A stretch of DNA of 63,976 bases, the filler included, from Gonapodya sp. JEL0774 (lineage: Eukaryota): assembly GCA_027604505.1 (NCBI GenBank). It is 6 parts of 6 records of this genome, joined end to end, with 100 filler letters (N's around TTAATTAATTAA, not from the genome) between each part and the next. Parts side by side here need not be neighbours in the genome. Positions count along the whole stretch, not along the records: positions 54,721 to 63,976 come from JADIIX010000418.1; 5 more parts are not named here. One strand, given 5' to 3'. The translations under genes were made by a program, and so were the position numbers. The notes beneath the pieces were generated by a model. That model was given only the letters and a program-made list of their open reading frames with translations, was not told the origin of the DNA and did no database searches. Below are positions 57,374-63,976 of this stretch, piece after piece. Every line of letters starts with the position of its first letter. The stretch's first letter is position 1.

Positions 57374-60070
57374 TGTTGAAATATGGGAAGTTTGACATTT
57401 CGGATGGCCCTAGCACCACAGGGAGTTGAAATACGGGATTTATTAATTGATCAAAATTACTTGCCGTAAAATTCTCTACAAGTTTGTCATTCACAGTTTT
57501 GTGCTAGTGTTATTGGTTAGTGAGCTACACTAGGGAACGTTTGTAACTTGTGCACACACTTGGGGACAGTGCTGTGGCCACAATGTAGTAGTGAGGTTGT
57601 TTTGTGTGAATGTGTTTGAATAAGAAAATCGTAACGCTCAACAGGTTAGCCCGGTACCTCAACGTGCTTAAACCAGATCTGAATCAGTGGATCAAAGGAA
57701 GTGGAGTGTGGTGCTCTAGAAGGGCTGAGTTGAAAACTCCAGGCGCAATTGCTTGTGAACCAGCTGACATTTTAACCTGCAATTTTGTGGAGGCAATAAT
57801 GTTTTCATTTACTATCGATTGCCGTTGGTCCGCTTTGTTTTGGTGCAGAATTGATTGAGGATCGTGGATTCTTGTGGTGCATATAAAGACAATTTCGGAC
57901 TTCAATTCGAGGCCAATCCGGGACTTTGAGTAGTTGATTCCGACGCTAAGTTACACGAAGAGTCAATTGCCGTTGTTATTGAAGTATCGGTGGAATTTTG
58001 ATGTTGAATAGCTCAACAACAGACAGTGATAGAAGGACGCCAATAGGCGCATTGAAACCGTCTTGAAGAGTAGATGTGTTTTGGTACTTGAATGATCTCT
58101 CTAGCGTTCCTGGTTGTGGAGTTATGTAGTGAGCAATTGGACTTGGAGTGTGGGCCGAGAGTACAGTAGTAGTGACCACAGTAGTGCACAGTGACAGAGC
58201 GATTGAGAATAATATTGATACGTCGCAACCGCCCCCAACCCCTCGTAAGCTCATTAGTTGTTGTTTCTGGAATCAGAGCAGCTGTTTGCGATCAAATCCC
58301 AGAAAACCAAAAAATTGAAGACCTTTTCTTGGTCAGCTTTCTCCACATTCAGTGGCTTGTTCTCAGGGCAATTCAAACGACTAAGTTGAGTCATTGAGAC
58401 GTATTTACTGTGAAATTTTCAGGTCAAAATGAAATCTTGTGAACTTTAGGTGGTGGTGCTGTGTTAAGAGTTCTGCTGATCACCCCAACTCTCTTCAAAC
58501 TTGTTGCGTCAGACTAATTCTGGTATCACTAGAATTGTCTCATCAAACTCTACATTTTGTTTGCTCTGAAGGATCTGGAATTCCAATTTTTGAAGAACTT
58601 GGCATTTTGGTGTGGACAAGTGTGTGTGGGGCATACAGAAATGGAGACTAACTTTTCCTCTCACTCTTTCAAGAAAACTGTGGGAGTGTTAGAGTCTGCA
58701 GAAAAGTTTGCAGGGTGGAGAGACAAAGTTGAGGTTGAGCTGGATGCACAAGGCTTGCTTGGGATCTTGAATGGGAAAGAAGGACGTCCAACTGAAATTG
58801 AGCTCCAAAGGGTTTGGGATAAGAAAAACAGTGCAATACTGGCTGCATGGTATGCTACAGTGGCAGACAAATTGCGTGGAGTCCTGCAGAAGGATAAATT
58901 AGCTGCTGACAACTGGGTCAATTTGAGGACACTTTATGAGCCAAAGCTGATTTCAGAGAGATTTGTCCTACTCTCAAAACTTCAAAACATGAAGTTGCAA
59001 ACTTGTATACTGGATTTGCTGCAGAATCTTACAACTTGCTTCAAACGCTTGTCAGAAATAAGTCCTGATGAACCAGTTGCCGAGATTGATAAGATCCATT
59101 ATTTCCTGGCTGCTGTTAAGTCAAAGTATCCAGTGGAAGCCACAATTTGGTTCCAAAGAAGCAATGCTAGCTTTCTTGAAGTTGTTAATGGCTTACGTTC
59201 TGCTGAAATGAGAGAGTCTTATGAGAAAAGCTGTAAACCTTTGATCAGGTGTGTCAACTGTGGATTGACTGGCCACCTTCAGGCAAATTGCAGGAGACAA
59301 GAAGGGGGAAATCAGAAGAGTGGTTTTAAGTCCAGGTTTTCCTGGCCGGCATCACCCACAACTCCACCTGCAGCAAATTGGGGTGCGGGGGTGTCGAAGG
59401 GAGTTGGCCTTAGTCCCCACAAGGGACCTTGCAAAGACCCCGTTGCAAGTGGCCAGAAAACAGATAAGTTGAAAATGGAGATTGAGCATGCAAAAACTTG
59501 TCTTGCAACTGCTGATGTTGATCAATTTGGACCCAGTGATAAGGCTCTGTGTTTCTTGGCTGCAAGTTCTCAACACAGAATTCTTATTGATTCAGCTGCA
59601 ACAGATTGCATTACGTCTTTAAGTGATGCTCTGGTGGACTTTTCTCCACAACCTGTCATGTTAGCTTTAGCTGCAAAAGGGGCCAACTCTATGGCTTCTG
59701 GACGTGGATCTTTGACTGTCCGATTTCAGGGACCTCAGAAGTTTGTTGATGTGAAGATAGGAAGAGTTATTCTGGATCCAAATGCAAGGAATACCTTGCT
59801 GGCAACAGCATCACTGCAAGCTCTTGGATTTCAGATTACCTTCCCAGCATTTGAGAATACCTGTGTTATCAGTCATCAAAATGGTACAGAGATTTGTAGA
59901 GGTTATAGGCGTTCTGGCAATCTGTATGATATGCCCATTTCAGTGATTTATCCCAGTGTTGGAAATGCAGAGATTCATAGTGCAGAGCCTGCTGAACATG
60001 TCATAAAGCATGCATTGGCACATTTGAAACTTGCACATGTTGGAGATAGAGATCTGGTTGTAACTTTGAC
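57374..60070 (+). mobile_element. Ty1/Copia element C: 5' LTR 57374-57643 (TGTTG...CAACA), PBS-like GGTTAGCCC, gag-protease-preintegrase ORF (58557-60107)
   Basis: FAGWRDKVEVELDAQGLLGILNG; knuckle CVNCGLTGHLQANC; protease ILIDSAATD; pre-integrase HLKLAHVG. Confidence 0.85.
57977..58256 (+). mobile_element. Solo LTR of family B with 5-bp target-site duplication GTTGT
   Basis: 280 bp, homologous (inverted) to 56276-56555. GTTGT at 57972-57976 and 58257-58261. Confidence 0.9.
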
Positions 60071-60099
60071 GCGATATCAAAAACGTTTTTGCAACAGAA

Positions 60100-63000
60100 C
60101 TTTTTGAATAGTTGCCAGTATCCTCGTAGATTTGAGGCCAGTGAATTTTCTGTGGTGTTAGGAACTGGTCCAACGTCGTACTCAGTTGGAAGAATACATG
60201 TGTCTGTGCAAGTTGAAAACGGTTGACAATTGTATTCATGGCTTCACATTGTTCCAGGATTACAACATGATGTAACTCTTGGTATATGCTTTCACAAGAA
60301 CTCTGGCGCTTTGATAGATTGGCAAGCTGCAACACTCCAGTTCCCATTGACACAGAGCACTTCGGTCAAAACATGCGGTTACTCAGAACCTGCAAAGCTG
60401 AATGTTGAGTCACATGAAGTGATTCTTGAAGCAGGTGATGCTGTTCTCGCGTTGATGGAAGACATAACTGTGCCGATGGAATCATCTGTGGGAGTGAAAG
60501 TTATTGCTTTGAGTCATTCTCAATGCAAGATATCGCAGGCAGAGATGCTCTTGTCCACCCTAGCCCGCTATATTTGGCACGCGATGATCTCATGGTGCCA
60601 CATGGTGTACAAACGTTTGAATCCAATGGTGAAGCTTGGATAAGTCTTACAAATTGGACAACAAAAGACTTGTTCATTTCCAAAGGTGCCTGCATAGGCC
60701 ACTTTGAATTGATCAACACAAAAGACTTTCATTTCATAACAGGAAATGAGGATCAGCAACCATGTGATCCTTCTCTGCTTTTTTCACGTGATGGGAAGAT
60801 ACTTGAGCCAAAAACGAATTTGGTTCCTACAATTGGTACTGATGACCTTGGTATCCCTGGCCTTGACTTGTCCAAAACAGTTCTTCATGATAAAGAACTT
60901 AATCTTTTGAAAGAATTGTCACGTCGCAATCAAGATGCTTTCAGTGTTGGCGATAAACCTGGTTATATTTCCAGCGTGAAACATCATATTCCGACTGGTG
61001 GTGCTCTACCAATAAAAGCACCACTACATTGCTCTAGTCCAGGTGATCGGGCTAAGATTGATGAAGCATCTGATAAAATGCTGCTTGATGGTATTCTGGA
61101 ACATTCGGTCAGTGACTGGTCAGCTCCTGTTGTGATGGTGCCAAAGAAGGATGGAAAGCTACGTTTTTGTGTTGATTACCGTAGACTTAATGCCGTCACA
61201 AAAAAGGATGTTTATCCTTTGTGGCGCATTGATGATATGCTTGAGGCAATGCAAGGTGTGAGGGATTTTCCAATCCCGCAAACACTGAAAGAGCGCCAAA
61301 GGTTTTTGGGCATTACAGGGTATTACAGACACTTCATACGTAACTACGCACATCTTGTAGTGCCATTGACTGATCCGACTTTGGAAGTTTCTGTAGTTGA
61401 TGTGACTTCTGGTCCAGTGGTCATGAATATGTGGTTGACTACGGGAGTAAGCATTTAACTCCTGCTGAGCGCAAATGGGACACAAGAACCCTTGAAGCAT
61501 TTGCTACAATTTGGGGTTGTGAATATTTTAGACATTTTCTGGTTGGTGTGCCTTTTGACAAACTTATCATGAATTGCCTCAAAATGTTGAAAGATGCGAA
61601 GAGCACTGGCAAGATTGTGAGATGGGCTATCCAATTGACGGAATTTGATTTCATTCCTGTCTACAAACCTGGCAAACATCATTTCAATGTTGATGCCCTA
61701 TCACGAATTGAAATTCCTGGTGAGGACATGGAAGTTGATGATACAATTCCTACGTATGGTGATGATAAACCATCTGCTACTGTTGCACCTGTTGAACAGC
61801 AACAACAAGTGATGAATTGCTTCATGTTTTGCCCAAGCTTAGTTGTGCCTTTTGAAACTATGAATGAAGAAACCAAATGCTATTGAGCATGATGAAGACT
61901 CACACTAGATCTAGCACAAAGACAAGCACTGCTGCTACGTCTAACGACATAAATGCTGAAGTCTCAACTGAATCGGCTGAAAACGTTGCCCTTCCATTTG
62001 ATGGTATATCTTTTGATGATAAAGCATATTGTGCTTCAATGATTGCAGATCAATTGAAAGATCCTCAATTGTTGAAGATTATTGAGGTCTTGACGAATAA
62101 GATTCCTGACAGTAAATCAAATGAAAGAGCTTACGTTGCTGTGCGTGAAGCTGCCTCTGAAATGGCTTACTAATGCGTATTGAAATGAAGAATGTGCCAA
62201 CAACTGGTCCTAATGCTCAACCTGATGGAGAAGCCCAGCACAAGTTGTAGTGCCCCGCTTCCGTCGTGAAGCTATGCTGCAATCATGTCATGAAGATCGG
62301 ATGGCAGGACATCAGGCTGTGAATGCTATGTTGCAACGTTTATTTGAACGTTATTACTGGCAAGGAATGAGTCACGATGTTTGCGAGTGGGTTGGAAGTT
62401 GTTTGACTTGTCACAGTCGGAAATGTGCAAAGCCACAATGGCATGGGTTTTTACAGCCATTTGATTTTTCAACAGCGCAACTGTGGGAAGATATTGCGAT
62501 CGATCACATTGGACCATTTCCTGTTACTGAAAGGGCAGATCAGTACATTCTAGTTGTCAGTGATATGTTTACGAGATTTGCTGAGGCAATTCCTGTAACT
62601 GACACTACGGCAGCAACAACAGCGCTTTCCTTGTATAACTAATGGATTTGCCAGTATGGAATCTTCCGACGTTTACATTCTGACTGTGAAACTGCATTCC
62701 ACAAAGATCTGATGAAGGCATTGGCCCTACGCTTTGGTTTTGAGCAAACTATTACGTCCCCACATCACCCGCAAGGTAATCCTTACACGGAACAATTTAT
62801 GAAACCATTGGGTGACGCGTTGACTGCATATGTCAATGATCAAAGTCAATCTGATTGGGACAAAGTGCTACCATCCATTATGTTTACGTACTTATCATGT
62901 GTTTACTCTACAACAGGTGATACTCCATTTTTCTTCGCAATGGGACGTGATCCACAAATGCCTACTGATGTTATGTCAGGCTTGTCACATCGAGATTGAA

Positions 63001-63350
63001 GATTGAATGTTGAGCCTCACTTGCCCATCTCAACAATGTTGTCTGAAGCGTACTCAGCACTTTGTGAACGCTTGGTGAAGTCTGCTGAAAAGCGTAAATT
63101 CATCTATGATGTCAGGCATCTTGACACCCATTTTGGGCCTGAGAACATTGCGATGGTATATTATGAAGAAGCCCACCGTGAAGGCAAAAGTACAAATTTA
63201 TATCACGATGGATTGGTCCTTATCGTATTCTTGAGGAGGTTTCTCCAGTGACATATAAAGTGCGACACCTTTATACTGGTGCAGAGACTACTGCGCATGT
63301 TCAGCGTCTTTGGAAAATTGTGTCGCATCCACGAATACTTGGTGATTTCA
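60100..63350 (+). mobile_element. Ty3/Gypsy pol remnant (RT with internal deletions, RNase H, integrase), multiply disrupted
   Basis: WSAPVVMVPKKDGKLRFCVDYRRLN; FLGITGYYRHFI; EAFATIWGCEYFRHFL; RWAIQLTEFDF...YKPGK; integrase HEDRMAGH...CLTC, IAIDHIGP, TSPHHPQGN. Confidence 0.92.
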
Positions 63351-63559
63351 AATTATTGCTATCTCTAATAATTTGGTTAGGAATGATGGAATCCAATAGA
63401 AAACACTGAAAATACTGTGTGAACAACACACTGTCACAAAGAATGCCGAACACTGCAACAAGCAGCACCTAGACCGCAAATGTCCGGCTCCAATGGGCAG
63501 GGTGGATGGGGTAGTCGAACAGGTCCGGTAGAAAAAACGGGGAACTGCGTGTGGTGGAG

Positions 63560-63976
63560 CAAAATTATTGATTTTACAGTTTCAAGTTCAAAACCTTCAC
63601 TGTGTGGGCAAGTGACAGCAATTTTGCAACTACCTGTAAACAGTTCTTAAAGGAACTCGGCAGTCCAGTTCTCCATGAACAGACAAATCACATTGGTGTG
63701 AAGTTTCACTTTATCAGGGAGCAGTTGCAAAGGAGGTTACTTAAACTGTCTCACTGTCCAACAAAGCGCAACACTGCAGATGTCATGACCAAACCATTGT
63801 CAACACCTGATTTTGAAGGCACTGTGCAGGAATGGGAATAGGAGCAATTGGATAGTTGGAGTTGATAGGAAACAATACACTGGAGTGTTTTGTTTCAGTG
63901 GGAGTGTGAAGTCTTGGGTGATACACCATTGGTGACATGATTATTTGTATGTTTTGGATTTGGACTCTAGAGGTGA
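63560..63976 (+). mobile_element. Ty1/Copia 3' end: RNase H C-terminus, polypurine tract and start of the 3' LTR (~63905)
   Basis: HEQTNHIGVKFHFIREQL...HCPTKRNTADVMTKPL, then AGTGGGAG followed by TGTGAAG. Confidence 0.8.

Overview
Intron-rich eukaryotic DNA, most consistent with an early-diverging (zoosporic-type) fungus; this is an inference from gene content and short GT-AG introns. The window is not one locus. It is six small scaffolds joined by five identical 100-bp spacers (N44-TTAATTAATTAA-N44), with scaffold lengths descending, so adjacency across a spacer means nothing. Scaffold 1 (1-10941): a GDE1-like GDPD fragment, a BRCT protein and two tandem VIT-vWA genes. Scaffold 2 (11042-21946): a decayed chromodomain + Ulp1-like gene, a C1q-like ORF, two divergent Zn-knuckle paralogs, a RING/TRAF-Zn gene, an ankyrin-coiled coil-SH3 gene and a Copia fragment. 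Scaffold 3 (22047-32948): a formin, an ADP/ATP carrier, an HD-domain/2OG-Fe(II) dioxygenase fusion and Cdc14. Scaffold 4 (33049-43908): F-box-like/ankyrin paralogs, an RBR ligase, a Cys-rich chitin-binding surface protein and a plant-type LRR receptor-like protein. Scaffold 5 (44009-54620) is the most unusual. It is a dense island of orphan genes that includes a 101-aa intronless Kcv-like miniature K+ channel, a Cys-rich YGRGVG-repeat protein, F-box, RING and pseudokinase genes. These are separated by five arrays of a ~55-60 bp repeat with a TTTTCGAAAA palindrome and GGGAT tracts. It is a candidate endogenous large-DNA-virus (Nucleocytoviricota-like) remnant, although no viral hallmark gene is visible. 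Scaffold 6 (54721-63976): nested, decayed Copia/Gypsy retrotransposons, including LTRs with non-canonical TA...TA ends and a small hairpin insertion element. Exon boundaries were read by eye and are approximate; no database searches were run.
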